A stretch of 64,000 nucleotides of DNA, taken from contig CALSCO010001524.1 in assembly GCA_943704415.1 (NCBI GenBank), forward strand, positions 1 to 64,000. Direction: 5' to 3'. Of the stretch, positions 25,421-40,348 are shown piece by piece. The number at the start of each line of letters is the position of its first letter. Positions within the stretch are counted from its first letter, which is position 1. Origin of the DNA: Parvularia atlantis. Taxonomy: Eukaryota. A model generated the notes under the pieces. It was not told the origin of the DNA. It saw nothing but the letters and a program-made list of their open reading frames with translations, and did no database searches. Position numbers and translations under genes: made by a program.

Positions 25421-28130
25421 TCACGACCGGCCAGCCGACGCGTCCGACGCGCTCGCGCCGCCCGACTGCTGCTCGAGCGAGACGAAGCTCTCGGGGAAGA
25501 AGCCCTTCTTGCCGCCGACCTCGCCGTACCACCAGCCCTGCGGGTACTTCTTGATCACCTGCGTGCGCGCGAGCGGCAGAGCAATCGTCAGGGAGCGAGT
25601 GGAGCGCGCGGCGCGACGCACGTTGATGCTGTCGCCCTTGCGCAGCGGCAGGCAGACGGGGTCCTCCGAGTTGAAGTCGTGCAGCGTGCGCGCCGTCCCC
25701 TCGCTGCCCGACGCGTCCGACGACGAGATCGAGCGCGGCGGCGGGGCGCTGACGGTCGACGGGCTGGGCGCGCGCACACAATGTCAGCGGCAGGGTGCAG
25801 CGGCGCACGCGAAACGCACTGCTGCTCCTGCTGCATGCCGCGCTCCTGGGACATCTCCGAAAGCAGGCCCTTCTGCTGCTCGCCACCCTGCTGCTGGAAC
25901 TGCTCCTGCTGCTGGCCGCGCTGCTCAAACTGCTGCTGCTGCTGCTGCTGCAGCGACGACGACGACTGCGCGGCGACAGGCGGTCAGGCCGTGCGCGGCG
26001 GGACAGGCGGCACCGGCGCACATGGATGCGGATCTCGTGCATGCGCTCGCCCATCGCTGGCTCGGACCCGGAACGCACGGGGATCTGCGTCGCGGGCGAC
26101 CTGCGGCAGCAGCGTGAGAACGGCGACACTGGCTGCGCACGGGACGCACCACTGCGACGACTGGCCACCGCGCTCGCGCTCGTCACGGCGGCCCTCCTCG
26201 AACGAGCTCGTAGGCATCTGCAGACGCTCGTCGTCCTCTTGCTGCTGCTGCTGCTGCTGCTGCTGCTGGCCCTCGCCCTTGGACTTGCTGCGCTCCACAA
26301 TGCCCTCGTCGCCACTGCGCACGCTCTCGTGCTGCTCGCCCTCGCGCTGCTCGCCCTCGCCCTCGTGCTGCTCGCCGCGAATCTGCTCGCCGCTCTCGGG
26401 CATGAACTGGACCTGGTACGGCTCGATGTCCTCGCCTGGGCGCGCGTAGAAGACGCGCTGGACCTGGATCGGGAACTGCTGACCGTCGAACTGCTGCATC
26501 TGCATCGGCTGCTGCATCTGCATCGGCTGCTGCATCGGCAGGGTCTGCTGCAGCTGCTGGCCGCCGTACACCGACGTCAGCGGCAGCTCGAACTGTTGGC
26601 CCTGGGGCAGCGGCAGCTGGTAAGACGACTGCATGCCCTGGCTCTCCTCGTTGCGGTACGCCTCGTTGTACGGCATCAGGCCCTCGAGGCCGTACTGCGG
26701 GTGCGCGGGCGCGTGCATGTCACTGCCTCCCTGCACAACGTGACGGGACGGCAGGCGCACCGTAAACGTGCCGGGGGCCACGCCCGTGACCGTGACGGGC
26801 GCGACGATCGTGCCGGACGGGACGTCGGACATTTCGCGGAAGGGCTTACGCGGGTCTGCGCGTCGTCACGCTGTTGTCAGTCTGCGGCTTGCTGCGTGCG
26901 CGAGCGCAACGCACTGAGCGAGTCACGCACGGGCAGGCCGACGTGGCCGGACGCGTCGCTCGACATGCCGGCGCCCTGCAGCGACGTCGTCTGCGGCCAG
27001 CGCGCCCGCAGTCAGCACCTCGCCAAACCAGCCAGCACGCGCGCGCACGCGCACGCACCTGCGTCAACAGCGTCGGGTGGAAGATCGACTGGTTCGGCAC
27101 GACGGGCTCGGGCGGCGGGACGAAGCGCTTGGGGGACTTGACGTCTGTGTCGCGGGTCAGCATCGGCCGTTCCGCTTGCAGCCCCGGCGGGCGCACGCTT
27201 GCGGTTGCCCTCGCTCACGTAGGCCATCAGGCGCTTGTGGTCCGGCGTGAGCAGCGGCTTGGGCTCGCCCGTCGAGAGCCACGTCATGGGACCCTGGTTG
27301 AGGTGCTGGCGCGCGGCGTTGATCTGGTCGCGATGGTTTCAGCACGGGGCGCACGCGTCGCGCTCAGTGCACGGCCGCACCTCGGCCGCGCAGGCGTTGT
27401 AGTACTCGTACTCAGCGTCAAGGAACTGGAGCAGGATCAGGCGCTGGTACTCGTCGCCCATCATCACCTTGATCATCAGGTCCTTGGCCGTGATCATGGC
27501 CGCCTGGAGGCGCCGGCCGGCCTGTGGCGCACGCGGTGGCGGGTGTGAGCAGGACAGGGCGCAGGACACCGCATGCACACACACCTCGAGGTAGCGCTCG
27601 TTGACGTAGTACGGCGACTCGAGGTCGGTCTCCTTGCGGCCGAGCAGGTTGTCGTACTCGAGGCGGCGCTGGTGCACCTTGCGCACGGCGCGCTTGGCCG
27701 TGTTGACCTCGACGTCGAGGAAGCGGTTCCAGAACGCAATGTAGTTGTTGCGCGAGAGCGACTCGAACGTGTGCTGGTTGACGGCGAGCTTTTCCTGCAG
27801 CTCGCCCACGCGCACGAGCGTGTACGACAGCGCGCTGTCGTCCGGGAACTGCGCGGCGCGCGGCGCGTGAGACGGCATCGCACCGGCACAGGCGGCGCGC
27901 ACCTGGGCACCGCACAGCACGAGGGCCTGACCAAAGTGCAGGTTGGCGGCAGCGCCGTTGCGCGCGCCCATGGCGAACGTGTCCTTGCTCACGCGCATGA
28001 CCGACTCGAGCGCGTGCACGCGGTTGTTGAAGATCTCCTCCACGCGCAGGTAGTCCTCGGGTAGCTGCGTCGCGCGCTTGGCGCCCGAGCGCTCGATCGC
28101 CATCTCACGCAGCGAGTTCATCAGGCCCAT
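25421..28130 (-). CDS. BAR-domain protein with Q-rich linker and C-terminal SH3 (endophilin-like)
   Basis: ATQLPEDY, FGQALV, RKVHQRRLEYD, FLDAEYEYYNAC (BAR). SH3: ARTLHDFNSEDPVCLPLRKGDSIN-VIKKYPQGWWYGEVGGKKGFFPESFV. Linker exon boundaries are less certain. Confidence 0.82.
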
Positions 28131-28449
28131 GTTGTCGTTATCCACTGCGGCAGCGTGCGCGTGCGCGTGCGCGTGCGCGTGTGTGAGCGGCCTCTTCTGC
28201 ACTGCGGTGCGGACGGCCACGCCGCGCCACCTGGAGCCGGCACGCGTGCGCGAGAGCGGAAAAAAAAATATGCCTGGCCGTGTGGGACGCGCCCGCGCCT
28301 TTATGAAGCGAACAGCACTTGCGCCGCGTGAAGTGGCCGGGGTGGTTGTGTGGCGAGAGATGGACCGAGGCGCACGCGCACCGCGCGCGCTCGTGTCCCC
28401 TCGGCGTCATCTTGACGACGCCGGCCGTGTGACGTCGCGGGAGTGTCGA

Positions 28450-28984
28450 TCAGGCCGGTGATGACGATGACGACATCGTGCCGCCGCCCCGCGCGCCGCC
28501 GCTCCCGCCACCAGTTCCGCCACTGTTCGGGGTCAAGGGCGGGCCGCTGCCCGTGCGCCGCCGCGCCTCGTCCAGCAGCGCGTCGAACGGGTCACGTGGG
28601 GCGCCGCGCTGCTTGACATCGAGGTCGGCGCGGAGCGACGCGGCGAGGTCGCTCTCTGTGCGAGCGCGATACGCACACGACGCGTCAGCCGATCTAGCAG
28701 CAGATGCGGTGGGGGCAGCTGCGGCATGACGCACCCGCCGGCCGCTCGGCCCAGACCGCCTGGAGCACGATCGGCGCGTCGCTGTCGCGCTCCGGCAGCA
28801 CGAACTTGTCCTCGCGCGCGCCGGCCGGGCGCGTGGGCCGCACATCGGGTCCGCCGTGCACGGGGCGCAGCGCGGCGACACCGCGGCCGAAGAAGAGCTC
28901 GACGCGGCGGCGCTCGACGACGCGCGTCCTCGGCGGCAGCGCGAGCGGTGCCCCTCCAGCCCCGACGACTGTCACGGAGGACAT
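28450..28984 (-). CDS. Hypothetical protein, two exons
   Basis: ATG, coding-like codon use, and a GTGCG..CTGAC..CAG intron that joins QAVWAERPA to ESDLAASLRADL in frame. No family recognised. Confidence 0.5.
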
Positions 28985-29007
28985 TTCGGCAAGTGCGTGG
29001 TGGAGCG

Positions 29008-32362
<3,355 letters not shown>

Positions 32363-32420
32363 CCCGTGTGTGCATGTCGCGCAAACAGAGCGAAAGACAG
32401 CGTGAGAAACAACGTCTAGG

Positions 32421-35049
32421 TCAGTCGAGCTTGAACATTTTCTTGAGCTCGTCCATGTCGTCAACGGTCTTGCGCTCGCGCAGGACGCGGCGCGCGATCG
32501 GCACTAGGTTGTGCACGTTCCACATGAGCACGCCGACCACGCGCTTGTCCTTCAGGTAGAACACGACGCCCTTGCCGAACGCCTGCTTGTCGCTCGCCTC
32601 GGGCGTTGCGCCGGCGTCGGGCGTCGCAACCGTTGCGGCGGCCTTGAGCTCTGCCGCCGCGGCCTCGGCTGCCGCAGCCTCTGCCGGCGCCACGTGGTCG
32701 CCCGACGCCTCCTGCGAGCGCGCCGCGTCAGTCACCGCCGCGACCAGAGCGTTGGCGGCGCGTGCCTTGAGCGCGTCGACGTCGCCCGAGCGCGCGGCGT
32801 CGCCCAGGGCCTGCGCCTGCTTCGGCGTGTCGGTCGGCGCGGCGGCCGCCCACATCGCCACGGTTGGCAGGCGCGAATCGGTCAGGCCGACAGCCTCGTA
32901 GCCGACGTGCGGCCCGAGGTCGCTCCTGCAGCCCGCACGTCAGAGTGAGCGTGCGCCATACGGCTGCGCGCAGACGCACCAATACATGCTCTGGTGGCTG
33001 AACGCGCGCCGGGCGCCCATCATGTTCTCGGCCGCGGCGCGCCCAGAGATGACCGCGTGGTCGTAGTGCTCGACGCGGCGCCGGCCGAGCGCGATGTCGT
33101 GGTACGACGACACGTCGCCGGCCTGCGCGGCGTGTCAGCCTTGCGCGTCGCATGGCTCTAGCACGCACCACAAAGATGTTGGAGCGCGCCTCCAGCTCCG
33201 AGTTGGCGACGACGCCACCGCGCACCTCGTCGATCTCCAGCCCAGCCTCGCTGCGCACGCGTCGTCAGCGCACACGCACCGCAGCATCGCCATCGCACCG
33301 CGCGAGCTCCACGTCCGGCTCCAGGCCGACCGACACAACGACGTGGTCGACGACGCGCTCGCCGCCGTCGGCGAAGCGGATGAGGACGCGCTGCTTGCCC
33401 GTGGCCGGGTCCTTGTGCGGCTCAAAGCCCGTGACGCTCGTCTTCGTCAGCACGTCCACGCCCTCTGCGCCCGCGCGTCAGGCTCGGCGCTGTCTGCGCT
33501 TGGCGCGGCACGCACCCTCGCGCACGCGGTTCGTCGTCCAATTGCTGAGGTAGCGCGGCAGAACGAGGCCCATGTTGCCTGGCGTGGCGGGTGAGCGCGC
33601 GACGCACGCAGCGCGCCACGGCAGCGAGCGCGCACCCTCCTCGGGGAAGATCTGCGTCACCTTCAGGTTGGCGTTGCGCTTGGCTGCGCACGCGTGGCGT
33701 TGTGAGGGCCGGCGCACGCTGAGCAAGCAACACGCACCCCGCACAGCGAGGCCGCATGCGAGCTCGCTGCCGAGGAAGCCGCCGCCGATGACCGCGACGT
33801 GCTCGGCCGAGCGCGCGACGGCGTCCAGCCGCCTAAAGTCGTCGAGCTGCAGCCTGGTTGAGTCAAGCACGAGCGAGGACGAGAGCGCACCTTGCGGAAG
33901 GTTGTCACGTGCGCGCGCAGCTCGGGCGCGAGCGTGCGCATGGCCGGCAGCTGGCGCGGGACACCGCCCGTCGCCAGCAGCAGCTTCTCGTAGAAGATCA
34001 CCTGGCCGTTGTCGAGCACGACCTTGCGCAGGTCTGGGTCGAGCCCAACGGCCTTGTGGCCGACGATGAGGTTCGGCTTGGCGGAGCTCTCCGGCAGCGC
34101 GTCCCCGTCCTTGAGCACGTTGTAGAACGACTCGGTGGTGTACATCAGGCTGCGCACCGGTCAGCACGCGCGGCTAGACGGTCCGCAAGCGCACTTCTTC
34201 GTGAAGCCGTTCCAGTCGATGAACTCGAGCGTCTGCGCCACGTCCGCCTCCTCGCTGAACCACAGCTCCTTTGACAGTGGCGTACGCATGTACGGCAGGT
34301 GCGGCTCGTCGCCGACGACCAGCAGCTGTGCGCTCTCGCTGCGTCACGCGATCGGCCGGCGCGATCGATCTAGCGCACCTGCCCGTTCGGGTCGTTGCGC
34401 GAGATCGTGCGCAGGGCCGAGAAGGCCGCCGTGCCTGCGCCCACAATCAGGTACTTGACGCTCAGCGGCTTGAGCTCGACGACGACGGGCGCGGGCGGCG
34501 CCGGCGCGGGCTCCGGCTCCTTCTCGGCGGGCGCGGCGGGCGCTGGCGTCGTCTCGGATGCGACGGGCGCAGCGGGCGCGGCAGGCGCGTCAGGCGCGGC
34601 GGCCGGCTCTTTCTCCTTCTTGGCCGATGGCGCGGCGGCCGGCTTGCGTGACGGCGGCGCGGGCTTGCCGCCGACCATCGACGAGAGCGCCTGCCGTGCG
34701 GCTTCGTGTGAGCCATTCGTTGCTCAGCGCGGTCGCGGACGCCGTCTTGCGCACATAGACAATGAGCGCGGCACCGCCGAGCACGCCGACGAGCTGCAGC
34801 AGGCGGCTGTCACGGCCGCGCTCGGTGCGCGTCGCCATCCCGCGCTGCCGTTCCCGTCAGCCTTCGCAGCGCGGGCCACGTGGGATGCGGCGCGGCGCGC
34901 ACCGTCGAGAGGGTCACGGCCGGCGCGGGCGGCGCGCGCAGACGCAGCAACTGCGGCACGAGGAGGCGGTGCGGCAGGCGCGCGGCGGCCGGGCGCACGG
35001 CCGACGCGGCGGGGCGCGCGAGCGGCGATGCGACCAGGCGGTGCAGCAT
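32421..35049 (-). CDS. AIFM1: Apoptosis-inducing factor 1, mitochondrial flavoprotein
   Basis: Presequence plus [91 protein letters not shown]. Confidence 0.94.
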
Positions 35050-35108
35050 GGGACGGCTGTGTGCGTGCCAGTGGCAATTGATGCACAGTTACCGCGCAGA
35101 CCGCCATC

Positions 35109-36788
35109 ATGGCAAGTGAGGCGAGCGCGTCAGAGGACATCCTGCGCCTGCTCGTCCAGCGCGTCGGGCGCGCGTTCTACGACGACAAGTGCGTGGTCGT
35201 GCTCGACATGCTGCTCAACTACCAGGGGTGCGGCGCGACTGCGATTCACCCGCCGTGCGCGAGACGCTGCTCAAGGCGAGGCGCACGCGCAGGATGAGCA
35301 CCGACGTGCTCGCGCAGAAGGTGCAGATGCCCATCAAGCAGCTGCAGAGCAACCTCAACCGGATGGAGAAGGACCACCTGCTGGCGTGGTGCGGCTGCAC
35401 GCGTGTGTGCGCATCGGCCCGTGTGTGACGGCCGCGCGCAGGGAGCTCGGCAGCCTCAAGATGGGCCGCGACAACAAGCCCATCAAGACCAAGATCTACT
35501 TCATCAACTACAAGCGCTTCGTCGACTCGGTCAAGTACAAGATCATGATGATACGCGCGCGGCTGCAGTCGTTCGCGACGCACGTGCGTGTGTGCGCGCG
35601 TGCACGAGAGGCAAACGCTCACGGCCGAGCGCAGAAAGAGGAGGAGATCTTCTACTTCCGCTGCCCGGGCTGGTGCCAGCGCCAGTTCTCGATGATCGAT
35701 GCGCTGCAGCTCAAGCGCGAGGTGTACACGGGCGCGGGCTTTGAGTTTATCTGTGACAAGTGCGCGGCGGCGCGGGCGTGGCGACGCGCCTGCTCATCGG
35801 AGGTGCAACCCAGGTGCGACGTCCCGCTCACCGAGATCGACAATTCGGAGACGGTGCAGGGCGGGCAGCAGCAGCAGCAAAAGTGCGCCTCCGCGCACGC
35901 GCATTCGCCAGGTCTGACGTGCGCTGGCGCAGGCTGATTGACCAGCTCAAGCCGTTCACCGACATGCTGCGCAAGACCGAGGAGCTCATCATCCCGAGGC
36001 GCGGGCGTCCTCTGCGCAGGGCGACGCACGTGCTGACCCATGGGTGCGCGCACCGCGCAGCTACACGGGCTCGCCGGCCGACGAGGTCATGGAGAAGAAG
36101 GAGTACGAGGAGTACAAGCGGCTCGAGGCCGAGCACGGTGGGCCGAGCGGGTCGGGCGGCATCTACGGTGCGCGTGCCTCGGCTCACGTGCTGCTGCTGA
36201 CTAAACGTGGGCACACGCAGCGCGCAAGCAGAACGCGCCCGACTACTATCAAAAGCTCGAGAAGGAGATCGAGGTGCGCATCCAGGATGTCGCAAGCACC
36301 AAGGCCGACAATCGGCCCAAGTCGTGCGCCGCGCCCCCCTCTCGGTCGCGACCGCTCATACGCACACGCGCATGTACAGCCAGCCGCTGCCGCCGTGGAT
36401 GCAGGGCAGCACGATCGGGGCCGGTGCGTGCGGCGCCGCTTCCAGAACGCCGCGCTCATGAGCGCGCAGGGCGAGCGCTCAAGCGCCAGCGGCTCGACGG
36501 CGAGGACGACGGCGACGACGTGGCGGGCGGCGCGGCAGGCAGTGAGGCGGCTGCGAGCGTCACGATCAAGCCGGACGAGGACGGCGAGGAGTTTGCGACA
36601 CTCGCGCCGCTCACCGAGCAGCCTGCCGGTTTGTTGTCGCGCACCCTGCTGCGGCCACGGCTGCCTGACGCCGGACGTGCGCAGACTACATTGAGTCGTA
36701 CTACAACCAGCTGCTGCAGCAGCAGGACGAGGAGCAGGAGGAGTTTGAGGAGGTGCCCGTGCCCGAGCAGCCGCCCGGGACGGCCTGA
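35109..36788 (+). CDS. GTF2E1: General transcription factor IIE alpha subunit
   Basis: LVQRVGRAFY, YFINYKRFVDSVKYKI, Zn ribbon CPGWC..FICDKC, QLKPFTDML, LPPWMQGSTI, acidic YIESYY..EEFEEV. Confidence 0.9.
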
Positions 36789-36837
36789 TTATAGTCATAT
36801 CATGAGTAGAAGATGTACAGCATGCAATATGGGGCGC

Positions 36838-37979
36838 TCAGCTCCCCGCCTCGGAGACGCGCCCGAGGTTCTGCAGCATCAGCGCGAGGTTCTGCAGCTG
36901 CGCCGCGCCGCCCACAAGCTGCTGCAAGCTCTCGCGCGCGCGCTTGCTCGTCTGCTCGAGCCCCTGCGCCACCAGGGCAATCTGCTGCTGCTGCTCGGCC
37001 GTGAGGTTGCCCATGCCCACGTTGGAGAAGTTGAATGCGGTCGTCCCGCCGCTGCCCGCTGCCGCCGCCGCCGCTGCCGCCGCCGTGGCCGCCGCCGCCG
37101 CCGCGCGCGCCTCCATCAGCTGCTGGCGGCACGCGTTCAGCTCGAGCTGCAGCTTAGTCGCGAGCGCCTCGCTCTGGCTCGCGCGCTGGTTGGCCGTCTG
37201 CAGCGCGAGCTCGACCGACTTGACGGCCTTCTCGAGCGACGCGGCCTCCTGCGCGTCCTTGGCGCGCAGCTTGCGGTACTCCTTCTCCATCGCGACGGCC
37301 TTGGCCTCGAGCGTGTGCCGCAGGCTGGGGGGGGGGGCGCGCGCGTGAGCGAGCACAAAACGACGGCGATCAGGTCGATGCACCTGCGCTCGTGCTCCAG
37401 CTGCCGCCGCAGCTCGTCCACAGAATCGCTCGCAGCACCGCTTGTGAGCGGCGCCGTCGGCGGCCGGGGCGGCGGCGGCAGCTGCGGCGTGATCGTGTCA
37501 AAGTCCTCGTCCTCGTCGTCGTCAAACAGCGCGCTCGTCTTGACCGCGGCAGGGGGCGGCGGCGGCACAAGCGCCGTGCTCGACCCGGGCCGCGCCTTGC
37601 TGGCGGCGGGAGGCGGCGAGCCAACGGGCGGCAGCATCGTCGTCGCCTTGCCGTTGCCGGCGCGCGCGGGCGGCTTGGGCGCGTCGTCATCGGGGAACGT
37701 GTCCGAGTCGGACGAGCCGTCCGAGAAGAGCGTCGTCGCTGCCGCCCTGGGCTTGGCACGTGTCGACGTCGGCGCGGCTGCCGCCTGCGTGGCGCCCGGT
37801 GCTGCCGCCGTCGCCGCCGTCTTGAAGAACGAGAACGGGTTGTCCTCCTTCGCGGCGTTCTTCTTCTTCTTCGGCGGCAACTCGCCGCCCGCCGCGATCG
37901 CCGCCGCCTTGGCCGCCGCGTCCTCGGCGCCGTCGACGTCGACCACCGCCGCCTTCTTCTTCGGCTTCGTGTCACCCAT
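36838..37979 (-). CDS. ENTR1/SDCCAG3-like endosomal coiled-coil protein
   Basis: N-terminal EDNPFSFF, coiled coil EAASLEKAVKSVELALQTANQRASQSEALATKLQLEL, C-terminal SLQQLVGGAAQLQNLALMLQNLGRVSE. These resemble ENTR1 blocks as I recall them. One intron. Confidence 0.65.
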
Positions 37980-38032
37980 CTCGGCCGTTCTAACTGCAAA
38001 CTGCGACGTGTGTACACAGCGGGACCCGCGCA

Positions 38033-40170
38033 TCACTCGTCGACGTCCATGAGGAAGCGCGCGTCGGTGGCGGCAGCAGTACCGCCCGGTGAGGCCGACA
38101 GCGTGCCCTGGTGTGCGCGCGTCAACGAGTAGCAGCACGGTGCGCGGGCAAGGGCGCACCATCCACTCCGGGTGGCGGTACGTGAAGCCCACAAACGGCG
38201 CGCGGCTGGCTGGCGGCTGCTCGGTGGCGGCGGTGGCCGTGGCGGCGGCCAGCGCCGGCACGGGGCCGCCCGGCGGCTGCTCGTCAAAGTTGGACGTGTC
38301 GGTGGGCGACGTCAGGAAAGGCACGTACGGCGCCTGGTGCTCGCGTTAGCGGTGAGATTGCGGTGTGGTGCACTCACACGGCACCTGGTACTCGCGCAGC
38401 CGCTCCCAAACGACACCGGCAAACCACGAGTGCGCCTGGATCTGCGCGAGCGAGCCCCAGCGGCGACTGCGGTCCTCGATCAGCCTGCGCAGCACGCGGG
38501 TCAGCGCTCGCACGTCAGTCGAGCGCGCGAAACGCACCGGGTCACCAGGTCCCACATCTCGTCGCTCATCAGACGCTCACCGGCCTCGGTCTCGCCGTCC
38601 TCAAACTCGGGCCGCTGCAGCGTCTCGCGGAAGCGCAGGATGTCCATGAAGGTAGCGTCGTAGTTCTCGGACCAGAACGGCGGATACTCTGCGACCTCGG
38701 TGTCACGCGGTCTCACCTACGCGCTGTGCGTGCGACGCACCCGCGACCATCTCGTACATCATGCACCCGAGCGCCCAGTAGTCGACGAGGCGGTCGTACG
38801 GCTGGCCGACGACGACCTCGGGCGCCATGTAGTCGGGGCTGCCGACGACCGAGTTGCCCTGCGCGTGCGCGCGAATGAGGCCGCGGTGCGCAAGATGACC
38901 GTTAACACGCACCCGCGCACGGTCACTGCCGCGCCCGAGACTGTGGAAGCCGCTGCGGCGCTCGACCGAGTTGCGGTACGCGCCATCGGCGTCGCGTACG
39001 GCCTCGAGCTGCGCACCGCGCGCTGAGCACAACCCAGGCGCGTAACACGTATGACGCTGCGCACCTTGGCGACCATCGCCGCGATCGCCTCATCGCTCAG
39101 GCCGCCCTTGGCCATGCCAAAGTCGGTCAGCTTGACGTGGCCCGTGTGGTCGATCAGGAAGTTCTCGGGCTTGAGGTCGCTGCGCGCTCGTGTGTGTGTG
39201 TGTGTGTGGTGAGCGGCGGGCTCGCGCGAGCCAGGCGAGCCGCACACCGGTGCAAGAAACCGAAGCCGTGCAGCGTCGCGACGGCCATGAACGCCTCGGC
39301 CATGTAGAAGCGCGCGTTGCGCTCGGTGAGCGCGCCGGCCTTGCTGAGCAGCGTGCGCATGTCGCCGCCGGGCACGTACTCCATCTGCAGCACGATCCAG
39401 TGAACTAGCCGATGCGGGCGCGCACGGCCGAGCGCGCACGGCCAGATAGACGTGCGTCGCGTCCTGGAAGCTGTAGAGGAGCCTCACGAGCCAGTCGGAG
39501 CGGGCCGTGGCGAGCACATCGCGCTCGGTCATGGTGCGCTCGAGCTGTGCGCACGGGACGAGGGGTTCAGCGCTGTGGCAGGAAGGCGACGGCCGGCCGC
39601 ACCGCCTTGCGCTGCACGAGGATCTGCTTGTCCATGCGCTTGACGGCGCAGATCTCGTTTGTGTCGGCCTTGTGGCACACGAAGACCTCGATGCGCCGCA
39701 ACACGGCTGTCAGCAGCAGCGGCAGCGGCGACGGCGGCGCCGATCGAGCAGCGCGCAGCGTGCGCACCTCGCCGTAGCCGCCCTGGCCGATCTTCCTCAC
39801 GACGCGGAAGTGCTCGAAGCGGAGCCGCAGCCGGCGCCGCCGCAGGAACGCCGTCTCGCGCTCGGCGTGCTGCGCGAGCGCCTGCGCGGCCTCGTCGGGC
39901 GTGACGCGCGCCGGATCGAGCGTCTCGCGCAGGCGCTGCAGCCGCTGCTTGCGCTTGTGCAGGTACGCGAGCAGGCTGAAGTAGTGCTCCTGGCGACGGC
40001 CGCCGCGTGAGTCGCCGTGCACACGGGCGGCATCGTCGGCGCACGAGGAAGATGTACTTGAACGCGGCCACGCGCCGCTCCGTGCTCACAGCCGGCATCA
40101 GCGGCACCGCGCGGGCGACCGGCGCGACGAGCGGCGGCGGCGCGGACGAGGCGTCGACCAGCGACGACAT
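38033..40170 (-). CDS. NDR-family kinase, Dbf2/Sid2-like
   Basis: [76 protein letters not shown], hydrophobic motif FVGFTYRH. An upstream in-frame ATG also exists at 40224. Confidence 0.92.
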
Positions 40171-40348
40171 GCGCGGGACCCGCTGATCGGCGAGAACTGA
40201 AACAGCCCGGCCCGATGGTTCCATTTGCCCGAGCCTCCGACCTCAGCCTCCGAACCCTCCGAGCGCACCTCCGAGTGGTGTGAACAATGCAGTGTTAAGC
40301 GTGGCAGCACACAGGAAAGGAATACGCCAACAGCGCAGCACGCTCGCT

